In this document: positions 36,863-47,500 of the stretch, piece by piece
Position numbering within the stretch: position 1 is the stretch's first letter
How the letters are laid out: each line of letters opens with the position of its first letter
DNA from: Nemertoderma westbladi
Taxonomy: Eukaryota; Animalia; Xenacoelomorpha
Reading direction: 5' to 3'
Length of the DNA stretch: 51,767 nt
Assembly: GCA_032718475.1 (NCBI GenBank)
Contig: JAUCBJ010004445.1
Coordinates: forward strand, 1-51,767
Position numbers and translations under genes: made by a program
The notes under the pieces: model-generated
What the model was told of the DNA's origin: nothing
Database searches by the model: none
What the model saw: only the letters and a program-made list of their open reading frames with translations

Positions 36863-39775
36863 TTAGCCAGATGCTAGTTTGGCCGTAGTTGGGGATGATT
36901 GACAGCTAAAAACATGTAATCGGTCGCTGCAGCACCCTCCGCAAAACCGACAGGTGCAGTCTGTTGTGAGCGTATGGAAGGGTGTTTTATTTTCACACAA
37001 TTTATTGTGAAATCCATGACAGGTAGCGCGGGTTATAACGTGACGGTATTTTTGGCCTGGCGCTCGCCAAGTTGTTGATGTAAACGCCGGGCCATTGGCG
37101 TATCCCTGCGATTCAAAATGAGTATTTCTTTCGTTTCGAAAGGCCCGATACTGTTCTAGAACTTCTGGTTGTAAAATGGTTTGAGGGGAGCGTTCTAGAA
37201 TGTCTTCAACCATCGTATTTCCGCCTATTATGTGTAGTGCAAGCGTTGATGACGCATACTTGTGTAGCCCTAGAACACGTTTAACATATGTTGATTTTAT
37301 TTTATCAAGTTCTTTTAGGTGTTGAAGTTTGAGATGTCTTGAATACGATGAGAATGCATAAAGAACCATAGGGGATATTTTTCCTTGGAATATTGCCATG
37401 GCTGTGGATACTGAAAGTAATTGCAGATGTCGAAAAGAGCCGATAAGTTTGAATGCTTTTAGTTTTTTTGTTTGGATATGGTTAGTGAAGCAGAGACTAG
37501 ATTGGATTGTTAACCCGAGGTATTCGTATTCATTGGAGAGCTTCACCGGTTTTCCATTGTATGTGAAGGTATCGTATTTTGAGAGACGTCCACCTTTTCT
37601 AAATTTAACTATTTTGGTCTTGACGAGGTTGAGTTGCATTCCGTTAGATAGGCACCATTGATGTAGAGTGTCTAAGCTGAGTTGTATAGTGTCCCTATTC
37701 CGTGAATATATTACCAGGTCGTCAGCGAAAAATATGAACTTTATTAAGTGACAGATGTTTCTTAGTGCGGTTGCGAGGTCAGAAATGAATAGAATGAAAA
37801 GTAATGGAGACAGACAGTCACCCTGTAAAACGCCACGCAGTTGTCGTATTGGATCCGATAAACTTAACCCATCGAATATCCTTATGTAGTTGTGAAAAAG
37901 GTCCTTTATTAAGTCGAATGTTTTACCTTTTATCCCTAATATGTTTATTTTGTAGAGTAGTTTGGCACGGCTCACCATATCAAAGGCTTTTTTAAAGTCT
38001 ATAAATAGGGCATAGACTACGCGATCGCTGCGATTACTTGATTGGAGCGCCTCGCTGATGTCGTTTAGAAACTTGTTCAAGGCCTGTAATGTAGACTTTC
38101 CCGGTTGAAAGCCGTATTGTTCGGGTGGGATCACATATGAAAGAAATAATCGTATTCGTTTACTAAGGATGGCTGTGAGGATCTTTAACATTACAGGTTT
38201 AAGTGCTATTCCCCGGTAGTTGTCTGGCTCCGTAATTAAACCTTTCCCTTTGTAAAGGACCTTTATTATACTCTCCCGCCAAATAGTCGGTATTTTACCG
38301 ATATTGATGCAGAGGTTATATATTAGTGATAGATATGCCAGTATTACTGGTAATCCCTTCTTTAAGTGCTCGTAGTAAATTCCATCGATGCCAGACGCTT
38401 TCTTGGTTGAGGCTGCGTTAATTGAGTTAATTATTTCTTCGTTTTCTATTGGGTTATTGTACCACTGTTGAGAATTCCTTTCACTTTCGTTGGTTTCTGG
38501 TATTTCAGGGCAGTTCGGTGGTTTGTTGTCAGTCCCAAGTAAGGATTTGAAGTGGGATTGAAGTACATCGGCTGAAATTGGGGCAATATCTCTGCTTTTC
38601 CTTTCATTAAATATACACCATGGATTAACTTCAGAGTCATTAATTCGTTTCAATAATTTAGCTTCTTCATAGTCCCGTTTTTTACCTTTAACCAAGAGTT
38701 TATATTGGCGGCGGGTGTCCCAAAACAATCTCGAGTTTGCCTCCGTATCACCTCGCTTTTTCATAGCTTCCACTACTTTATATTTCAATGTGCGACAGTC
38801 AGAGTCGAACCAAGGTTTTCCAGACGATCTAAAGTTGTTACGCGGGATGGAGGAGCCGGTTAATGCATCAATTACAGTAGTTGTGGCAAGATTTATGTCA
38901 GTCTGACATTCCAATAGTTCGATAGGGGCCAACGATAGGTGGTGTTGTAGAACCCCTAGGTTTATTTCCCTGTTACACGGAGTTGGCCTCTGGGTTTGCC
39001 CGTTTGTCATGGTTGAGTTGGGTAAATTAATTGTTGTAATGATACGTTGGTGTTTACGTACTGGGTTATTGACTATAGACACAGAGGGTAATTTTCTTGG
39101 GAAAGGTCCAGGGTATTTGACAAAGAATATATCAATTGTACTCTCTCCCTGCGGGGATATGTAAGTCTTGGGCATTTCTTCAATAAATGGAATTCTTAGG
39201 AAGCCCATTTCAGACATGTTTTCCGTGAGCTTCTCGCCACGTACCCCCTTGTCTAACCTGCAGTTGAAGTCGCCTCCAATAATTATAATGTTATTATCCT
39301 GAGTGTGTGTCAGCGCTTCAGTCACATATAGAACTATATCAGCGACTGTTGTTTCCGGCGTGAAGTAGAAAAGTAGGACAAAAGCTGCCATTATCTTTGC
39401 TACAATATAATTTTCCGTTTTTGCAATTAGCGTAGGTTTTAAGTGCGGCCTGATTAACACCATTAGGCCTCCCGATGGTCTCCCATTTGCTGTTTGATGT
39501 GCTGGTTGTACATAGGTGTGGTATCCACTATTATTCACCATTGTATAAGTTACAAAAGTTTCATTTAGGAGCAGAATGTCACTATCCAGAAATAATTCGC
39601 CTTCAGTCAGATTTTCATTTATGTAATTAAACCCCTCTACATTCCAGAGGGAAATTTTTGTTTTTATGTTTGTAACAGGGAGCCTGAGTGGATAGAGTGA
39701 GATAGAGTCTTTATTTATTGTGGGCGGTGAGTCATTTGTCTGGGGGCCGGGGGGCCGGCACGCAGCTTCTGTATG
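36863..39775 (-). CDS. LINE ORF2: APE endonuclease, reverse transcriptase and C-terminal Cys/His region
   Basis: WNVEG and LLNETF lie upstream of the first ATG at 39541. Further motifs GGDFNCR, STIDIF, QYGFQPGKST, FIDFKKAFD, GVLQGDCLSPLLF, FADD, YEYLG, CRFC..H..C. The frame is open from 39775. Confidence 0.95.
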   Translation of the reverse strand, partial: HTEAACRPPGPQTNDSPPTINKDSISLYPLRLPVTNIKTKISLWNVEGFNYINENLTEGELFLDSDILLLNETFVTYTMVNNSGYHTYVQPAHQTANGRPSGGLMVLIRPHLKPTLIAKTENYIVAKIMAAFVLLFYFTPETTVADIVLYVTEALTHTQDNNIIIIGGDFNCRLDKGVRGEKLTENMSEMGFLRIPFIEEMPKTYISPQGESTIDIFFVKYPGPFPRKLPSVSIVNNPVRKHQRIITTINLPNSTMTNGQTQRPTPCNREINLGVLQHHLSLAPIELLECQTDINLATTTVIDALTGSSIPRNNFRSSGKPWFDSDCRTLKYKVVEAMKKRGDTEANSRLFWDTRRQYKLLVKGKKRDYEEAKLLKRINDSEVNPWCIFNERKSRDIAPISADVLQSHFKSLLGTDNKPPNCPEIPETNESERNSQQWYNNPIENEEIINSINAASTKKASGIDGIYYEHLKKGLPVILAYLSLIYNLCINIGKIPTIWRESIIKVLYKGKGLITEPDNYRGIALKPVMLKILTAILSKRIRLFLSYVIPPEQYGFQPGKSTLQALNKFLNDISEALQSSNRSDRVVYALFIDFKKAFDMVSRAKLLYKINILGIKGKTFDLIKDLFHNYIRIFDGLSLSDPIRQLRGVLQGDCLSPLLFILFISDLATALRNICHLIKFIFFADDLVIYSRNRDTIQLSLDTLHQWCLSNGMQLNLVKTKIVKFRKGGRLSKYDTFTYNGKPVKLSNEYEYLGLTIQSSLCFTNHIQTKKLKAFKLIGSFRHLQLLSVSTAMAIFQGKISPMVLYAFSSYSRHLKLQHLKELDKIKSTYVKRVLGLHKYASSTLALHIIGGNTMVEDILERSPQTILQPEVLEQYRAFRNERNTHFESQGYANGPAFTSTTWRAPGQKYRHVITRATCHGFHNKLCENKTPFHTLTTDCTCRFCGGCCSDRLHVFSCQSSPTTAKLASG

Positions 39776-40486
39776 TCAATCTAATGTTTCCGAAAGGTCT
39801 ATGATCCCAGCGCGCGATGTTCCATCGGGCGGGATGCTACCGGGTTCCAAACGCCGTCCTCTCGGTTTCAAACCCAGAGACTCCCGTTCCGCGCCGGAGA
39901 GTCGGTAATTTCGCACGGTGATACCGGTTTCCCAAATCGTTGGGTCCATTAGGGTTTCTCGGTGTACTTGGTCAGCCGTTACATGAAAGCTTTGGTATGG
40001 GGACTCCGGATGTCTCGGTATTTCGGTTACTTGATCGAAGGGAATATTTTCCGAATTCAGAAAGTTCTCAATGTCGCGGCCCTTGACGCTGGGGTGCAGC
40101 CGACCCACGTGAACATGAGTTTTCCTGGGGGCCGCGGTTTTCGGTTGGTGGCTTGGTAGGATCGCTTGAAGAGTCCCACCCGTCCGTGTTCCGCGGGTTA
40201 TCGGCGTTCCGCGTCGAAGAGGGGGGCCGCCTGTCTGGGCACCGGATATCGCCTGTGTAGGGCCTGCACTGTTTGAGACCGTCTTTGCATCGATTAGATC
40301 CTTGCGGGTGTCAGCGAGCGTACCTGTAACTATGGTGTACATTGAGTTCATACCCATTAAGTTCTCTATTAATAATCTTTCTTCCTCATTTGTAAAACTT
40401 TTCTTCGCCTTTATAGTTCTGAGCATTCCTAGCACCTCATTAACTGCATGTGTAATAAAAGATGTGTAATAGATAATAGTAGCCAT
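39776..40486 (-). CDS. LINE ORF1 (helical N-terminus plus RRM-like domain)
   Basis: VHVGRLHPSV...YQSFHVT...IWETGITVRNY is a pattern typical of LINE ORF1 RRMs; lies directly upstream of ORF2. Confidence 0.85.
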   Translation of the reverse strand: MATIIYYTSFITHAVNEVLGMLRTIKAKKSFTNEEERLLIENLMGMNSMYTIVTGTLADTRKDLIDAKTVSNSAGPTQAISGAQTGGPPLRRGTPITRGTRTGGTLQAILPSHQPKTAAPRKTHVHVGRLHPSVKGRDIENFLNSENIPFDQVTEIPRHPESPYQSFHVTADQVHRETLMDPTIWETGITVRNYRLSGAERESLGLKPRGRRLEPGSIPPDGTSRAGIIDLSETLD

Positions 40487-41309
40487 TTCTTATATTTTTA
40501 TGTTTTGTTCACGATTTTCGCTATTATATACCAAATTTCTAGAACTATGTTCTAGCAATATAAACCAGCAAACATGTTCTAGAAGAAAAATTTAAAAATA
40601 ACAAAAACTAGCTCCGCTAGAATATGTAATAGAATTATAAAAATAATAGCTAACATGTTTACGAATATACTAGCTAGTATAAAAAAAATACCTTACATTA
40701 GGGTATTTCCTATATTAGGTAACTGCAACGAGAGAAAGCCGCCCCAATATTAGATTATTACAACAACATATCGATTGGGTAAGAAAGTGGAGGAGAGCCA
40801 GCCCGTCTCTTAATTTTTTACTTTATATTACGCGATCAATTTTCACTCATCTCGTCATGAACCCAACATGTATGTAACCTTTTGTTAAATTTGTTGGCTA
40901 TGCGTTTGCGGTTGTTTGGGCGGTGTGTGGTAGGCCTACACTTTTCACACTTAAATATTTTGGTTGTGAAATGTTACAGGGCATAGCGATCTGAGATATT
41001 TCATTTATATTTTATTATGAGAGGAAGAAGAACATACAACGTTATTTACTATATTATATGTAACGAAATAGTTGTTTTCGGGTTTGGAAGCCTCCCCAAA
41101 TAGTTGATATACGATTATATTTAAAATTATTTCCATGGTCATGGTCATTCACCCGTCTTTAGTTAGAAATTTGTTTGCATGAAAGACAGTTTAGTTTGGT
41201 TTTTACTGATTTATTATCTCTTATCTGACTGGGGTAATAATAAAGGATAGGATAAATGGAAGCAAAGTGTGACAGTAACAAATATTTCCCCGTCACCCTA
41301 GCATGTCTT

Positions 41310-43330
41310 AAGTATATGATATATCAAAGGGGGAAGTTTGGATTCACTGCATAAATGCAGTTCACCAAACTTCCCCCGAATGCACACTGTAACTTCCCCC
41401 TTCCCACAAATATCCACTGTTGAATTAATTTGAAGCGATATAATAAGTACAAAATTGTGCGAGTTTTTAATTGTGTGGTCCATTTGTTATTTGATCTCTA
41501 TTTATTATTTAAAGTGCATATCACACTGGTTTTTAGAATATTATACTATACAACCTTATGTTTTATTAATTTACCCAATCGAAGCCTCATAAGGGCCGGT
41601 TATTTGTACGCATATCCCCTAATGCGCTCAGTAAGGTCTAAACAACATATTAATATGAAAATAAAGTATCTGCAAAGAAAAGAACCCAATACTATATAAT
41701 TTGACCTTATTTAAAAATTTGCACTTTTGCACACTTATTTGTACAAGTGCACTTTAGCAGATCGTAATGGTGGCTCTTATTTAACAAACTTATGTTTATC
41801 CTCTACCGATCTACGATGGTGTATGATCAAGTGTCAGTCGCTAAAAGTGTCAAAAATCCAATTTAATAAATCTCGATATTTGCGATTTTGGACCATATTC
41901 ATGGACATTTTAAGTCACTTTATAGACATAAAAAGTTAAACAAATGTTACGATTATAGTTAGAAATCATTCCAAACTATATTTTAATCCAAAAAATAACA
42001 TTCTACGATGAATAGAACTGGAAATAATAGTGTTTGAAATATCGAAAAAATGTTCACTATTTAAGTGCATTTTGCACAAAGTGCACATAAGTCTTTTCCC
42101 AAGTTGTTTCCTATTTCACACACTACAATCTATCCTCTATCCAATGAAAAAAGTTTCAGATCAAACGGCCCAGTAGAACCGAAGTTATTGATGTTTAAAA
42201 ATAGTCACTCGAAAATTTCAAATTCACTTGATCACATAGTCTAGTGGTTATCAATAACGTTAATGAAACCTAAGTTCGCGGGTTCGAAATCCAATATTGA
42301 CCATTCTTAATTTTTTGCAAAAAAATTACTTTTATTTTTTCACTAAAATCGCTCTAACTTCGGTTCTGGTGGTCCAAATTCAATAAAATTGGTATATTCT
42401 TTGCCGTAATTTTTTTCTTAATCTTTTGAGAAGGGGATATTTTTGGCCCCAAAAAAATTAAAAAAAGGGCCAAAATAACGCGATATTTTTCGACCCTTAA
42501 AATTCGTAATTTTAATTATATATGTTAAGATAAAAGATAGCGGAGTTAATTTGACACTTTTTACAGGTATTTTGGCGCTATACGCTAAATTATAATGGAG
42601 TAGCGATTTGTTAAAAAAAAAAATTTTTCGTCCCTTTTTATAAATATTATATTTCACACGATCGTCTGCCGCTCCAGTTTTATAATACCTCCGGCGCTGT
42701 AATTAACGCTGTTAGATAGATAATTTAACGCAATATAAGTCTGTGTAAACAAATCTCCCGTAAGTTAAGTAGTTTTCGAGCTAGACGATTTCCCGCGAAG
42801 CGAGTTTGAAGCGCGAAATTATAATTTTGGCCCTCATTTTTTTAATATCATCCTTGGAGCAAAACCGATAGCATATTTGAATTCCCCGTATCGATATTGA
42901 CCGCATAGAATGTACCTTAACCAACTAAAGTTAAAAATAAAAAAATATTCGATAAAAACTACTTTACAAATTCTGGCCCTTTTTGGCCCCTATTGCCGAC
43001 ATATTTTTTGTACCCCCATTCGATAGGAACGTAGCCCCAATGGTCTTCTACGAGTTTCATAAAAGAATTAGTGGATTCCTACCCGCGTTGTCGAATTAAA
43101 CATTTCGGAAATAAGTGTTCCAAAAAAGACGGACAAAAACGTACAAATTTACGGCCCCTTTTTCCACCCGAAATTTTAATAAATATCTTACCCCCATTCG
43201 ATACGAAGGTAGTACCACTCTTCCCCTTTCCAACCGCGTTACTTTCGTCCCCGTACGATTAATATTAGCCGAGTTATAGCGGATCCCGCAAAGTCATTTT
43301 GTCCGTTTTTTCAACTTTGACGGACATTTT
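41310..43330. repeat. Diverged partial copy of the ~2.97 kb macro-repeat
   Basis: Collinear with ~45135-47130. The short ORFs at 41727 and 43071 mirror those at 45494 and 46872. Confidence 0.92.
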
Positions 43331-43494
43331 CGGAAAAAAGGCGTGGTAATCTTTTTTGAAAAAAAAAACGAATTCACTAATTAATCCCTTCTATCGTATC
43401 CCGGCGTCGGCTAAGCAATAACCTAGGGTTTTTTCGAGCCACTGTAGAGCGCCTTTCAAAAAAATTTTAAAATTGTCGAAAAAATGACGGTTTT

Positions 43495-44310
43495 TTATTA
43501 TTATTATTTTTTATTATTTTATTTATTTCAGCATCAAATATTCATATTATATACATTAAATATCAGTGCCATATCTATAAAAACACTAATGGTAGGGAAT
43601 TTCTGCACAATTAGTAAAATGGGTCTAAAAAATGAAACATAGGTGAAATAAAAAGCGTCAAGTTGCACGTGAGTAACACCACCGCTTAAAAGTATCGTAC
43701 ATTGTAGACAATGGTCGGCAAGTGTTACGTACACATATTAAAATAGAATTAGATGACAAATTTACACGAGTATGCAAACTAAAAAGTGATATTCTAAAAA
43801 TCTCTTTAAGAGAGCGGATATTAAAATTTACCAACATTTGACTCGCACTATTAATCTCGTCGGTCTCCTTATTGTATAATTTAATATTAAATAACGACCG
43901 GACAGATTTATTAATGGCAGTGTGCAGTTTGTTAAAACTTGACTGTAAAAAATATACATCAGACCACAACGCACAGCAATAGATTGACGAACAGTAACTG
44001 TTAAACAGTACTTTCTTAACTTTATCAGAACAGTTACTGAAGCGTCTAATCAAGGAATTGGCTCTAGCATAAAAAAGTCTAGTTTGTGCCAATATATCAC
44101 AGTCGTCAGAAAAATCGCTGGAAATAATATGCCCTAAGTATTTAAAACATTCTACATTACTCAACTGTTTACAATCTAGGTTAATGGACGGCGGGCCAAA
44201 TGTACCTTTCCTTAATTTACTACGAAAAAACATACATTTAGATTTCTTTGCGTTGAAGGTCATGCTATTATCCTTAGCAAAGTTTACACAAATATTAACA
44301 AGAGACTGTT
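43495..44310 (-). mobile_element. 5'-truncated LINE fragment (RT C-terminus/thumb, 3' UTR, (TAA)n tail)
   Basis: MTFNAKKSKCMFF...FKYLGHII...LFNSYCSSIYCCALW. The tail appears as TTATTATTA at 43495-43528 on the + strand. Confidence 0.88.
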
Positions 44311-44547
44311 TTTGTCCGCCGTGTCCGTCGAAGGGTTAGATTTCATAATGTTAGAGTTGCTAATATCTTAGAATTCCGAGCCGCTCCCCTGGTGAGAAAA
44401 TAAAAAAATTTGGTCAGTTCCTTCATCGAAAAGTCCCCCAGAATCCCAAGTTAACCTATATAGTTAGCGAGGGCCTGCGGCTTTAGGAGCGGCCGCGGTA
44501 TTCACTTCCCTCATAGCGGCCGCGGCGGTGTTGCGTCAAATGGAGAA

Positions 44548-47500
44548 ATATTTATCCCACCAAGGTGGACCCAAAATGAAGTTATACTTAAAGAAAGACC
44601 ACGAGGTAAAGGGAAAAGTGTGGAGGGGGGGGGGGGGGGGGGGTATGCGTCGAATTACACGAGGGGAGACGAACTGGACTCGTTAATTTTATATTACTCG
44701 AAATTGTATGTAATATATTTTCGCTCCCAGTCTACACTCGTTCTATATACCGGTAACCCATTAATATTAATATATACTACTCAGTCGTTTGTACATAATA
44801 CGAAGCCTGTAAGTTATAGTCACCGAAACATTTCAGCTCGGAAATTATAATATATGAATCAAGGATGTCTCTCTTATGATCTACATAGAATAGATATGGT
44901 TATTGATACTGTTACATTGTGATAATGGATTCTAGGTTTCTTTCACTGGTGAATCCGTATAAAAGTTGAAGTAATAAAATTTAATTACAGAACCATAGTT
45001 CGAAGATCAGCATTTTTCATACCAGTCATTGCTTAGAAATTTTACAGGATAATATTTTTAATCTGACTTAAGTTGTTTAGGTTGAACAAAGTCTACATAG
45101 TAAACAACAGGTCCTCCAAAGAGTGTGTCTTTGGTATATTATATCATGAAGGGGGAAGTTAGATTCACTGCATAAATGCAGTTTATCTAACTTCCCCCAA
45201 ATATCTACTGTTGAATAAAATTGAAGCCATATATTAAGTCCGAAGAGGTGCGAGTTTTTTAATAAATTGTGTGGTCCATTTGTTATCTGATCTCTATTTA
45301 TTGTTTAAAGTTCATTTAAGATCACACTGGTTTTTAGAATATTACAACCTTATTTATTATTAATTTATACAATTGAACCCTTATAAGGACCGGTTATTTG
45401 TACACATACTCCTAATGCGCGCAGTAAGGTCCATACAACATATTAATATGAAAATAAATTATCTGCAACGAAAAGAACCCAATAATATACCATTTGACCT
45501 TATTAAAAAAAATTGCACATTTGCACACATATTTGCACAAGTGCACTTTAGCGGATCCTAAAGGTGGTTCCTATTTAACACACTTATGTCTATTCTCTAC
45601 CGATCTACGATGGTGCATGATCAAGTGTCAGTCACTAAAAGTGTCAAAAATCCAATTTAATAAATCGCGACATTTGCGATTTTGGACCATATTCATGGAC
45701 ATTTTACGTCACTTTATAGACATAAAAAGATAAACAAATGTTAAGATTATAGTTAGAAATCACTCCAAACTACATTTTAACCCAAGTAATAACATTCTAC
45801 GATGAATAGAACTGGAAATAATAGTGTTTGAAATATCGAAAAAATGTCCACTATTTAAGTGCATTTTGCACTAAGTGCACATGCGTCTTTTCCCAAGTTG
45901 TATCCTATTTCACACACTACAATCTATCCTCTATCCAATGAAAAAAGATTCAGATCAAACGGCCCAATAGAACCGAAGTTATTGATGTTTAAAAATAGTC
46001 ACTCGAAAATTTCAAATTATATTGGTCACGTAGTCTAGTGGTTATCAATCATGTTAATGAAACCTAAGTTCGAGGGTATGAAATCCAATATTGACCATTC
46101 TTAATTTTTTGTAAAAAATTTTTTTTTTTATTTTTTCACTAAAATCGCTCTAACTTCGGTTCTGATGGTCCAAATTCAATAAAATTTGTATATTCTTTGC
46201 CGTAATTTTTTTTTCTATCTTTTGAGGGGGGGTCATTTTTGGCACCAAAAAAAAATGAAAAAAAGGGCCAAAATTACGCGATATTTTTCGACCCTTAAAA
46301 TTCGTAATTTTAATTATAAATGTTAAGAATAAAGATAGCGGAGTTAATTTGCTACATTTTACAGGTAGTTTTGGCGCAAAGAGCTAAATTATAATAGAAC
46401 AGCAGATTATTAAGAAAAAAACGTTTTTCGTCCCTTTTTTATAAATATTATATTTCACACGATCGTCTGCCGCTCCAGTTGTATAATAGCTTCGGCGCTG
46501 TAATTAACGCTGTTAGATAGATAATTTAACGCACTATAAGTCTGTGTAAACAAATCTCCCGTAAATTAAGTAGTTTTCGAGCTAGACAATTTCCCGCGAA
46601 GCGAGTTTGAAGCGCGAAATTTTATTTTTGGCCCTCATTTTTTTAATAGCGTCCGCGGAGCAAAACCGATAGCATATTTGAATTCCCCGTATCGATATTG
46701 ACTGTATAAAATGTACCTTAACCAACTAAAGTGAAAAATAAAAAATTATTCGATAAAAACTATTTTACATATTCTTGCCCTCTTTGGCCCCTATTGTTGA
46801 CATATTTGTTGAACCCCCACTCGATAGGAACGTAGCCCCAATGGTCTTCTACGAGTTTCAAAAAAGAATTAGTGGAATCCTACCCGCGTTGTCAAATTAA
46901 ACATTTCGGAAATAAAATTTCGAAAAAAAACGGACAAAAACGTAGAAATTTACGGCCCCTTTTTTCCACCCGAAATTTTAATAAATATCTTACCCCCATT
47001 CGATACGAAGGTAGTACCACTCTTCCCCTTTCCAACCGCGTTACTTTCGTCCCCGTACGATTAATAATAGCCGAGTTATAGAGGATTCCGCAAAGTCATT
47101 TTGTCCGTTTTTTCAACTTTGACGGACAATAGACGGAAAACAAGCCCGGAGGCGGGGTATTCCAAGATGTGGAAACGTCTAATTTAGACCCCCTCTTTCG
47201 ATTCTCGGTGTCTTTGGATGCGTCAAATAGAGGTTTTTTAAGAGTCCTAGTGAAAAAAAGACAAAAAAACCAGACAATTGTCCGTCATGTCCGTCAAAAC
47301 GATAGATTCGCTAAAAGCTCTGAAGAATCTTATTTTTTTGGCATTACGCGTCCCCCCTCGAAAAATCAAGAAAATCGTACGGCTGGAAATAGGTCGAATG
47401 GGGGGGGAACACCGTTTTCGCAGTAACTACGCGTCCTCTATGTAGACTGCGTCCTTTAGAGGGGCGGCGAATTCACCTCACTCGACGCCGCCCTTACTGA

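Larger units (their letters stand above)
36750..40790 (-). mobile_element. Apparently intact two-ORF LINE (APE-RT type; RTEX or CR1/L2-group-like, clade not resolved)
   Basis: ORF1 plus an uninterrupted ORF2, and an AT-rich (TTA/TAA) 3' end near 36745-36760. The 5' limit is approximate. Confidence 0.9.

Noticed and set aside
42229-42303. Functional tRNA gene
   Set aside because: The D and anticodon arms do not pair, and the B-box is degraded in the other copies.
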